Of a DNA stretch of 64,000 nucleotides, positions 12,501-22,620 are shown one piece after another (positions within the stretch are counted from its first letter, which is position 1; every line of letters begins with the position of its first letter). Source of the DNA: Ascoidea asiatica JCM 7603 (lineage: Eukaryota; Fungi; Ascomycota); contig BCKQ01000007.1 of the NCBI GenBank assembly GCA_001600695.1, positions 767,712 through 831,711 on the forward strand, read 5' to 3'. The notes beneath the pieces were generated by a model. It was not told the origin of the DNA. It was given only the letters and a program-made list of their open reading frames with translations, and did no database searches. Position numbers and translations under genes: made by a program.

Positions 12501-12573
12501 TTCTAATTTTTATAAAAGTGCTAATAATTTCAATAAAAATAACAAAACTTACTACAGGGCGAGGCCTTACTAA
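9501..12573 (+). pseudogene. gag: Extended ORF1/Gag (~1020 codons, disrupted) with an internal CCHC zinc knuckle
   Basis: ATG at 9501 with an in-frame stop at 9774-9776, and the same frame continues to 11069. CSNCRVFKHHHSVC fits C-X2-C-X4-H-X4-C (~10983-11024). Frameshifts occur at the A-run near 11060 and at ~11390-11470, then the frame is open to YYRARPY* at 12573. Confidence 0.8.
12559..12565 (+). promoter_or_regulatory. Candidate programmed +1 ribosomal frameshift heptamer GCG-AGG-C (gag to pol)
   Basis: In the gag frame the sequence reads AGG GCG AGG CCT TAC TAA. Skipping one base gives GGC CTT ACT AAG, the open pol frame, which has no ATG before the protease active site. Confidence 0.65.
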
Positions 12574-15500
12574 GATCAATACCTTCACATCTATTAATTC
12601 TATTAAAAAAGTTAAACTTAATAATCTTGCTTCAAATTCAACAAATTGCTTTTCAATACTTTTAGATTCAGGTGCTGATCTTAGTGTAACTGGAAATAAT
12701 TATATATTACATAATTATGTAACTTGTAACTCTTCAAATATTAAAACCATTTACAATTATTCTCGTTCTCCTATTCAATTAATTGGAAAAGGTGATATCA
12801 TTGGATATATTGTAGTTAATAATAAAAGTATAAAGATGACTTTCTCAAGTGTTTACTATTCTCCCGATGGTTCTGATACTGTTATAACTCCTCTTCAACA
12901 TTCTGATATTATTGGTTTTAAGACTGATAAATTTGGCCTTGAGTGTTGGACCTATGATGATAATAATAACAAATTAATCATTGCCAATTGTCAATTAAAT
13001 AACACGTCAACTAGTTTTGGTTTAAATTTTTTCAAATCCTATAATTCTGGCTTAAATGATTTCATTGAGAGTAACTCTAATTTCAGAATCAACTCGTTAA
13101 AAAATAACTTTCAAATCCATCATAAATTCAATCATCTTCCTATTACTAGTATAATCAAACTCATTGATTGCAATGCAATTAACCACAAAAATCTTAACAT
13201 TTCTAATAAAGACTTTACTTATCTGTCAAAGAAATAATACTAATGATAAAATTGCTTCTAAATCAACATTTGTTGCTACTAAACCTAATCAAATTATTCA
13301 AGTTGATGCTATCGCTCCCATATCTCCTATTAGTATCACAGGTTATAAATACATTCTAGTTATTGTTGATAAATTCACAAAGTTTATTTATGCTAAACCT
13401 ATACACTATAAAGGAGAATCTGCTATATATTTAACATTTTTTCTTAACCATCTACAAAACATATTCCAATATAAAGCTACCTATTTACTGAGCGATCAAG
13501 GTGCAGAATTTGTAAATAATTTAATTAATCAAAAATTGTTCTTGGATGGAACTGATCAAGATCTACTTTTGGTTATAGAAGTATTCAAAATGGTGTTGCT
13601 GAAAGAGCTAATAGAACCTTGTTCACTATATGTAGAACCTTATTAAATTCTTCTGGTCTTCCTGATGAATTCTGGGAATTTGCTATTTTTGCTTCAATGG
13701 TTAGGCATAACAAATCTCTAAAATAATAATAACAAAATTACTCCCCTCGAATTGCAATATAACTATAAACCTTCAATTCACCAACTTTATGAATTTGGTT
13801 CATTAATTTTTACAACTCAAGTGTCTTTTAGACTCCAAAGTTCTAAAACTTCTAAACAACGTAGAGGCATTTATCTTTGTGAAAATAGATCTGAACTAGG
13901 TCACCTTTATTTGAATCTTGATTTTATGAAAATCATGATTACAGTTGTCATAAATCAAGACAAAAAACAGAGACTATTCAAAGATCTCAACATAACATTA
14001 GATTTAAACAAAATTCAGATAATTCCTCCTGATTCAAAAAGAAATTCAATCCATTCTGTATCTGCCTATCCTAATGACTTTCAACCTCCAATTAAAGTTT
14101 CATTCAAAAAATCAAATTACTATGAAACTAAAGGGTACTTTCCTGATTATAAACTTAGAATTTCCAATAATGGGTCTGATAATTCATCTAATAAATTTAT
14201 TGATGTTAATGAAAACTCTTTACTGAATACCATTACCTCTGACTTCATTAATAGATCTAATACCTCTTGTATTAATAATATAAATGTTTTCCCTTCCTGT
14301 TTACCAAAAAAACCCACCAAACTTTCTCCTTCAAATCAGGTTACATTCAATTTTGCTACATCTATACAACTTGTCAATAAAAATAAATTTCCTCAAAGAA
14401 AAATTCCTTCTTATCAGTCAATTGAAAATAAAACTAACACCTTCATCGCTGAAATTTTACAAAACTCAATTGACTCCACTCCTAAACCTCCTTCGGTTTT
14501 TTCTATCTCACCTAGTTTAATAAACTCACCGTTGAAACATGACTTAAATGATTCTGATGCAAACGTCTCTAATAATAATTCTTTTCCAAAAAATTTGGAT
14601 AAAAATAATTCTAAATCTGAATTGAATAAATTTAATCTTGAGCTATCTAATGAAAACTCTTTAACTCCTAATCCAGCTTCTTTATCTAATCAAGTAACAT
14701 CTTCTGATAAAGTTTCTATTTTCCCTATTAATAAAAATTTTAAATCGTCAAATACAGATTTTATTAAACCTTCCTTTCAAAATGAAAACTCTACTACAAC
14801 TCCCTGTAAAAATTTTTCTGATAAAATCTCCAATCATAATGGCTCCATATCTCTTATTCCGGTATTCATTTTTAATAAACATATTTCTTCTGATGATCTT
14901 AATCCAATCCTAAACTATAACAATAACTTACTATCTCAAATCTCTAAATTTAATTTTAATAAATCTACTGTTAATTGTTTATTAGACTCTGAGTTATCTC
15001 AAAATGACCTTTGTTCCGTATTCAATAAAAACTACAATAATACGGATAAACGTTTTTCAAATTATACAATCCATGAAGCTATTCCAATCGAGAATGATGG
15101 TTCATTCCTAACGGCTGTTTCTGTTGAGGAAGAACTTCTCCATTCATATCAGTTCAATACATTAGATGAAGTATTAATAAATGGAAAATTTTCCTCTGAA
15201 TCAAAAAAATTTTTCAATAAGTTCTGTCAAACAGCTCTTCCTTTTGGATCATATTCTTTGTATGAAATTTTAGATCAGAATATTGGAGGAATCTTTATAA
15301 GGAACATCAAACAATTAAATCAGGAACCAGTAAATTTCAAGGCAATTCAAGATTTACCATCCAATATTCAAAAACTTTGGCTTGAAGCTTGTACTCGTGA
15401 ATTCAATTCCTTCAATGAATTCAAAGTTTGGGAACTAATTCCAAAACCTATCAATAAAGTTCGAATTTTGAGAGGAAGATGGATACTTAAAATGAAGTAT

Positions 15501-16981
15501 ATTCCTGAATTAAAACCAAAAGCAAGATGGGTGATTCAAGGTCATCGTCAAAAACCTGGCAGAGATTTCGGTGAGACTTATGCACCTGTGTGTCCTAATG
15601 AGATTTTTCTCACATTAATTACAATATGTGCTCAAAAAAATTGGTTTATTGAAACTGGAGATGTTCCTTCCGCCTTTCTGAGAGGCAAAATTAAAGAAAC
15701 ACTTTATGTTCATGAACCTGAAGGGTTTATTAACAAACAATACCCTAATTATATATACAAAATAACTGGTAGTATTTACGGTCTGCATCAAGCACCAACA
15801 GAATGGTATCTACAATTAAAGGATCAGTTAGAGTCTTAATTCTACACTCAAGATGAAAAGGTTTCCTGTATATTTTATAAATCTTCTATCTTTGGTCTAA
15901 TATTAGTTGCTCTCCATGTTGACGAAATTATCTTTACTGCTTCTTCAATGAAACCAATGGAAATTATTAAAACTGATTTTAAACAATTATTTGATATCAA
16001 CTTATTAGGTGAAATGAAAAAGTTTCCTGGACTACAAATTGATTATAACAGAGAAAAGGGCTATATATGCTTAAATCAAGAAAAATATTCTCATCAAATA
16101 ATAGATACTTTCTTAATCAATACAAACAAAGATAATATAAATGTACCTTATAATGACTCATTTAAAACTCTTAAAATAATTCCTGAAAAAGATAAAAATT
16201 TTAAACAAATGAAAAGATTTCCTTGTGCCCAAATAGTTGGAAGTTTGATTCACTTATCTAGATTTTCGCGACCAGACATAACACAATCTGTGCACATTCT
16301 AACCAGACATATGGTGAATTATAATCAATCTCACTAAATATGTGCTTTACATATCCTAAAATATATAAGGAATTCAATCACATTGGGCCCTACTTTCATA
16401 GATCTAATGAAAATAAATTAATTACCTTCTCTGATGCCAATTATGCTGCTGGCGCTCAATCTCTTATTGGTACTATTACAATGTATGGTAATATACCTTT
16501 GAACTGGGGTTCTAAATTTCAAGCTGTTCCTCTTCGATCTTCCTCAGATTCAGAACTGCAAGCTCTTGCATATACGTCTAACAACACCAGATACCTTGCG
16601 TGGTTCATCTCAAGACTTGATTCTTTCACATATTCAGAGGATACAATTAGTTTTAACAAAAAAACAAATTTTAACTCGAGTTTCCAATTACCTATTATAA
16701 ATAGTTTACCCATCAAAATTTTTCCTATTACAATTTTTGTTGATAATAAAGGTGCTATTTATTGGACAACTGATAGTGGGAAACTTAAAGCTAAAGCTCA
16801 TATCGAACAAAGGTTTTTATTCATTTCTGACAGAATCTATAAAAAAGAACAAAAAGTCGAATATGTTAACACTTTAAATAATATTGCTGATATTTTTACA
16901 AAATGTCCCACTCATGCAACCTTTCATCATTTAGCTCAATTCATAGTTTCTAAACCACCAATTAGAATTCCTGAAATTTAA
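12563..16981 (+). pseudogene. pol: Copia pol: aspartic protease, integrase, reverse transcriptase, RNase H (disrupted)
   Basis: PR: ILLDSGA. IN: HHKFNHL, IQVDAIAP, YILVIVDKFTKF, SDQGAEF, QNGVAERANR. RT: KARWVIQG, DVPSAFL, YGLHQAP, ALHVDE (15915-15926). RH: FSDANYA, NIADIFTK. Stops or frameshifts near 13237, 13560, 13730, 15839 and 16337. Confidence 0.95.
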
Positions 16982-17648
16982 TATTTATATGCCTGATTAG
17001 ACTGGTTTATTGATAGTTGTCTTCTGGAATCGCTACATGTTTATTTAAATGCTCTGTCAACCTAAGTGCAATTCTTAACTTCCTACTCAATTCTGAAATA
17101 AGACTGTTTTGATAAATTGCTTCAATGCTTAATAAAAAATTTAAGTTTTAAATCAGATACATCTACAAATTAGATTAATTTAATAACTATCAGATTTATC
17201 TAATTATAATTTGTTTTTCTGTTAATGTTCTGATTTTGAACTTATTACATTTGGGCTTATTTATGTTGCTCCACCATAGCTTATCACCTTCTTCTGGCTC
17301 TTGTCTCTTCAACTATTGTTTAAAAAATTTAATGTTCTCGGTTTATGGAGGTGCATTTCAATTCAATCTCAATTAAGTTTTTTCCTGCTTATATTTATTT
17401 TAATCTTCTTTGTTTTTGCTTCAATTCTTCTGCCTTCTTATTTCTTTTTTCTCCTCAGTTGTTATTTACTGGTAAAGAAAGATTTTCTATTGTTTTACTA
17501 TTCGCATGATTATTTGTTGCAACAACCCTTACTCCATGATATATTCCTTATTAGAATATGGAGGTGAAGCTCATTGAGTAAGGCACACTACTTTACTTTT
17601 TAAAAGCTCACTCTCCTTAACTGTCATCATCCACCAAAAATTCCTGTT

Positions 17649-17658
17649 TATGGAGGTG
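17649..17658 (+). promoter_or_regulatory. Polypurine tract-like motif TATGGAGGTG abutting the 3' LTR
   Basis: Directly precedes 17659. Identical copies lie at 17344-17353 and 17557-17566. Confidence 0.7.
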
Positions 17659-17882
17659 AATTAAATTAGGCTAAGCAAGCCTTTGTGTGGCTAATGAAGT
17701 TTACCTAAATATGAGATCTTTATATCATGTGACATCTGTTAGAATAGTCACATGATCACCTAAAACATGCTCGGTTTATATTTTAGGTAATTATTTAAGT
17801 TGTCTATCCGCAAAGATGAAACTTAGTCATCTTCTTACCACTTTTATAGTTAGTAAGACAAAATATACTTATAATTCTTATT
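17659..17882 (+). repeat. 3' LTR (224 bp)
   Basis: Direct repeat of 7900-8123. Confidence 0.95.
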
Positions 17883-17887
17883 AAACC

Positions 17888-19320
17888 ACTGGATTTCTGA
17901 AAAGCTATTCCTAGGAAGATGTTCAGCCTCAATAAAAGATTGAGACTCTCGGAAGAAGCATTAGTCACTACTGAAAATATGTTTATTACGAATGCTGCTA
18001 GCTAATTCGTAGAAAGGGTACGTAGAATACATGAAAAGTATTTCGTATTGGCAACCAGTTATTTTGCAAACAAAAACGGTTACTTCATATTTACGAAATA
18101 GCAGAGGTAACACTTCGGTTCCCTCAGCCAGAAGGAAGGTGTAACAAGATATCCCAGATTGTTGGAACGGGCTGAAACAAATGTTTTACAATGTTCATAA
18201 TAGATTTTTAAACTCAAAAAAACTTCGCTGCTGGATATGCCTATAAAAGTCGGTTTTTAATGCAGTCGGAGAGGTAAACTTTATTAAGTCTTCCCAAAGC
18301 TTTGAAGTAGTACAGGTTGTCTTAATGGATATGAGAAGCAGTCGGTCAATTAAAGAATATCAGTTATTGCTTCAGCCAAATAAGTTGTTTGCAGATATTA
18401 GCCGCAAAAAGAAAACTATATTATTGAAATCATAGATCAAATTTGAAATTCTTACACAGAAAAATATATTGAGAACAAACATCATGATTCAAAGGCATAT
18501 AAGTGTGCTGCATTGGTGGAACAGATTATGCGTAAGCTTTTTAATAATGTTAACACAACATCAATCCTGCAACTGAACAACAGTGCAGACTTTAGTAATA
18601 AGCAATTCGACGATCAAGGTAAGGAACATCAAAATAAGTCCAGTACGAGCAAGAAATCCAAAGGCGAACAGGTTTATCAAAAGTTTACCTCCTATTTAGA
18701 GTAGAGATAGGTAGAATAATCAATACCTATGAAAGTAGCAATTGGTCTAGATTTCTTGATGATGCTGTGTATTAGATAAATAACAACTATAGCGGTCCAA
18801 TTGGTGTTACACCGTCTCAAGCTCTATATGTCCATCGCCAAAAATTATCCTATATCAATTTTTGCAAAGAAAAAAACTAAAAAAACTCGGTCAATCTGTG
18901 CTACTGAACTTCGAAACAACTCGGAAATGTATTCCTCAGAAAATTGATCTAATTCCCCTATAATTATTACTATAAATAACAGGTACATAATGCTATCAGA
19001 TAAGCAAAGCAATGTTCCAACTGCCAGGAAAACCATCTGTTTATATGAGAAGGTAAAGGTGACATCCAATAAACAAGATACTGCTGTAAGAATATGTGAC
19101 AATCTTGATTTGGATATTTGATAAAAATTATGCAGAGTTCCCAAGAGGAAACAAAAATGTTTTAAACAGTTGCATATAGAACCGGAATCTCAGAAAATGC
19201 TTTTATGTACTCTTAAATTGAAAAGATGAGAGCGGACATGGATGTTGGTTTTTCTCTATCGGCAGATGCGTTTACACAAAATGTCATTTGACGAAGTGTT
19301 ACGAAACGCATTTTACTTTC
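17888..19320 (+). pseudogene. Degenerate Ginger/KRBA2-SCAND3-type DDE integrase (N-terminal part probably ~7660-7894, split by the Copia insertion)
   Basis: Ordered motifs: SQSFEVVQVVLMDMR (cf. Q.DL.DM), NYIIEIIDQ (YIL...DH), SILQLNNSADFSN (ILQSDNG.EF.N), NWSRFLDDAVY*INNNYSGPIGVTPSQALY (W...L.....N.....IG.SP...Y), and a Cys-rich tail GCWFFSIGRCVYTKCHLTKC. Confidence 0.65.
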
Positions 19321-19699
19321 CAATGAATTGGATTCAGGTAAACTTTATGTTCTCCAAAAAGAACCAAAAAATTTCAAAATAATTAAATCCTATGATTGTG
19401 TTTTAGTGTGCAGAGAAAGATGTGGGTGCAGAAAAAAAAAAGGTCGAGTACTCCTTACTATACAGTAATCAGAACAGCATGGATCCAATCAATTGTCGGC
19501 ATTACAAACCTGGTAAGAAGGTATTTACTTCCGATAGGGTGGAGGTTGTTGTTAATAAAAGGAACAAAACAATTTTCAGTGTTAAATTCTCCTAGTAAAA
19601 GTTAGATGATTTGTATGTACGAGTTACCTATAATTTTATAACATGTATACAAATAAAGCCAAACGGTAGCTTTACCGTTCATACGTTTAACGAGTTCTC

Positions 19700-20650
19700 G
19701 TTACAGAGACGAAACAAAAAAATGATTCTAGCAAACCGGTACTAATAAGAGATATTGTGCAAACATAATGTTCAATCTATTTATGTATGCGCCTTTCCTA
19801 AATTACTTCGAACAAATGTTATTTGAAATTCCTATCGCTTTAAAAATCGAAACTGTCTACTAATCCAATCAGCCCAAGCCCATAATATAAGTGCTCACTT
19901 TTTCCAGGTACTGCCTAAACAGTTGCCCACGAATGTTACTGATAGTTAAAAAAGTGCTTATACGATGAGTGGGGAAGATTAAGGGCAAAAAGCTTCGCGC
20001 TGGCTCATTCGGTTGAAAAATTTTAAGAGTTCTGCTTACGAGGTTCCGGTTTGTGTACGTTTGAATATTTCTTCTATCCTGAATTAATTAAACGCGGCTC
20101 AGTTAAAGTTGTATCCCAGTGATCAGTATTAGGTCAATTCTTTTGGGCATAAGTTTCCAAGGATATTACAGTTCTGAGTTGGATATATAGTGATTGCCAA
20201 TCTAGGCTCCTCCCTGAATGTCCTTACGAAACGCTTTGTTGTTCTGGAAGTTCATGTCAGCTGACTTTCACTTTTTTAACATTAAAGACTCGCAGTATTT
20301 CGAAGAACGGAACAGCATTCCAACTGAATAGGCACGGGATTTATGAGTCGGTAGATGTTCTAACCGTTTGGATCTAGTATGATACTGATAATTCACTGCT
20401 TGCCCAACGCTACTATGGAAACGAATACTCCCGTGAAGCTGTAGTTCGCGACCACTTGATTATTTTCTTGAATTATTTTGAGATCCCGATTGGAACCGGA
20501 GCTTCGTGGTTAGACACGAGAAATTTGTATTACCTTGAGATATTGAGTGTCTGCATTAGTCCTGTACCAGCTATATCCAGAATGAGTTATCAGTGTAATT
20601 CCCCTCCAATCATAACCTGAATGTTGTATGTTTTTAGGTCATTGGATTGG
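19700..20650 (-). pseudogene. LINE apurinic-endonuclease (APE) domain remnant
   Basis: On the minus strand, in APE order across broken frames: TYNIQ, LDIAG, SVGMLF, SGRSL, ETYAQ (YAP) and LGYNFN (GDFN). Confidence 0.45.
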
Positions 20651-21599
20651 GGTACACAGCAATAAGGCTGCTTAGTTAAAATATCTTTTAATTTTTAAAT
20701 GTTTTTAAACGAATAATCAGTATGGTTAAGGAAGCTTAACCGCTCCGCTTGTACTAACTCTATGAATTTTGGTTATTTAAGATTGTCCGAACGGATTTAA
20801 ACCAAAACATGATCACAGCATCATAATGGATGTGATATGGACATGTTTTTCGCAGTAAATTTTGAAATAAAATTTATTATACTATTGAGCTGCCGGCCAG
20901 CCTCAAGTTTTGTCAGACCTTTATATATATGGCTGGTTACGTCAGTAAAGGTATTAGAAATACGCATATAAATCGCCATATTCGTTATATGGTTTCAGGT
21001 CAAGCAACAGCCGATTAGAGGGATAATAAATATGTCACACCTGCAATATGATGTTTTTATTTTATGAACAATATGAACTGTTTCTATCAATGAATACTCT
21101 TCAATTTGGGCACGTGCTATAGAACCTCAGAGCAGCAATGAATAAATAAATCTGCTTCACTAATCAATTATAATGTAAACGTCGCAATGTTGGAAAACTA
21201 CATTTCGAAATTTGTACCTGGAAGTATGATCCCCCTCATACTGACTTCCCCCGGAGACACCAGTAATGGCTATCTAAAGTTTGAATTATTTTAGGGGAGA
21301 AAGAAGTTTTCTCAAAAGTTAACTAATGGTAGCAAAAACAGCATGCTATTTAAAAATTTGGTAGCTTATTATGTTAACAATATGAAACAATTGTCAAAAC
21401 TTTGTGGAATTTTTGTATATCTGTCAAAGTATTATGAGACCAAATTTTGTAGCTATTCAGGCGTAAAAGGCATAGATAATGGTTCACTGAGTACGTTTCC
21501 AGGTTTTATTGTAAAAGCGTTTTCCTATTTTTCGGTAATCCACACCCATGTGGTATCAAGTTCTGTTAGGGCCTTTGTTTCAGTTCGTTACCCTTCAAT

Positions 21600-22620
21600 T
21601 CCCCCCAAAAGGGCTTAAAAATTGTTGCGTTTTATTTTCTTAGCAAAACTGTGGAGTTTTTAAGCAGAAGGTATAATTGATTTTAGACAGTGATTTCATG
21701 CAGGTAGGCTTCCTGAAATGGAAACATACATAGTCTCTCGGAGTAATCACGTAACCGTACCGACATCATTGAAGACAATTATGCATAAAAACCGTTTGTG
21801 GCCTGGAAAAGGCAAGTTTTTACTTTATTAGTAGCCGGTGAGTACGGTGGCTTGAGCGATGCTCAAAATTCATTCGTTAACAGTTAACACATTTCTTACC
21901 ATATTTGGGATTCCTGCAGCATCATATGTGGTTTTGAATCCTTGAAATTAGATTTGGAGCTTGGTCAATAACTTTTGTCAATCCCTTAAGATATGAATGG
22001 TACTCTTCAGACATTTAAACGGTTACTGCTGTTTTCCATGAGATTTATTCAATGAACGAAACTTTGTTCGTATAGCGTAGCGGTAAAAAGCTTCCTTGCC
22101 GAGTCAATTTTGGACGAGTTACTAATCCGGTTGGAACTGGTATTCGCAGTTTTTGTTATTTTGGACATTGATGACAATCCAGAAACCAACTTTGCCAAAA
22201 TAGTAACGGTAGCCTTATAAACTGGGTTTTCATCGAACTGTACGTCACATGAAACTATTATCCTACTACGAGAACCAGAATTTAGGCCAACTGACTTAAG
22301 TTGTTTTCTCTTTAAGTACGTGGCGGTTTTAACTGCGATATAAATGTATTGCTGTACTTTCAGAACTTTGTTTAGTGCTATCCCTTGATTTGTTGTATTG
22401 TACATACTTTGGACATTTAGTGAAGTACGATGCATCCCAGACTTTGGAAGAGTAAGGTGCTATCTCAAAAGCTTCAGCTAAAATAATTCAGGTACAACGT
22501 TTTGAACGAGAATAATAAGGAATTGCTCATATGTCCTAAAAATTATAACCCCAGCAAAACTTTTTTCTAGCAAAGTACAAGTTTGCTTCTTCACGACCTG
22601 ACATTTGCATTCAAAAAATC
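21600..22620 (-). pseudogene. Highly degenerate, internally deleted Copia IN-RT fragment
   Basis: ORF 22049-22435 has SRIIVSCDVQFDEN (Copia IN C-terminal SRDV.FDE). Downstream are FKTTYDAAG and DVGT...LRETMYV (RT DV.TAFL...L.E.IY). Confidence 0.65.

Larger units (their letters stand above)
7900..17882 (+). mobile_element. Full-length, decayed Ty1/Copia LTR retrotransposon (~9.98 kb)
   Basis: Two 224-bp direct repeats, PBS, Gag with CCHC, PR-IN-RT-RH order and a PPT. Flanks AACCC/AAACC give a 4/5 TSD match. Confidence 0.96.

Noticed and set aside
15915-15926. Novel RT catalytic motif HVDE
   Set aside because: HVDD variants are common in fungal Copia, and D to E is one substitution in a copy that already has stops and frameshifts.
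20915-20955. P-element-like YMAGYVSK motif
   Set aside because: It is a single short match with no other transposase motifs around it.
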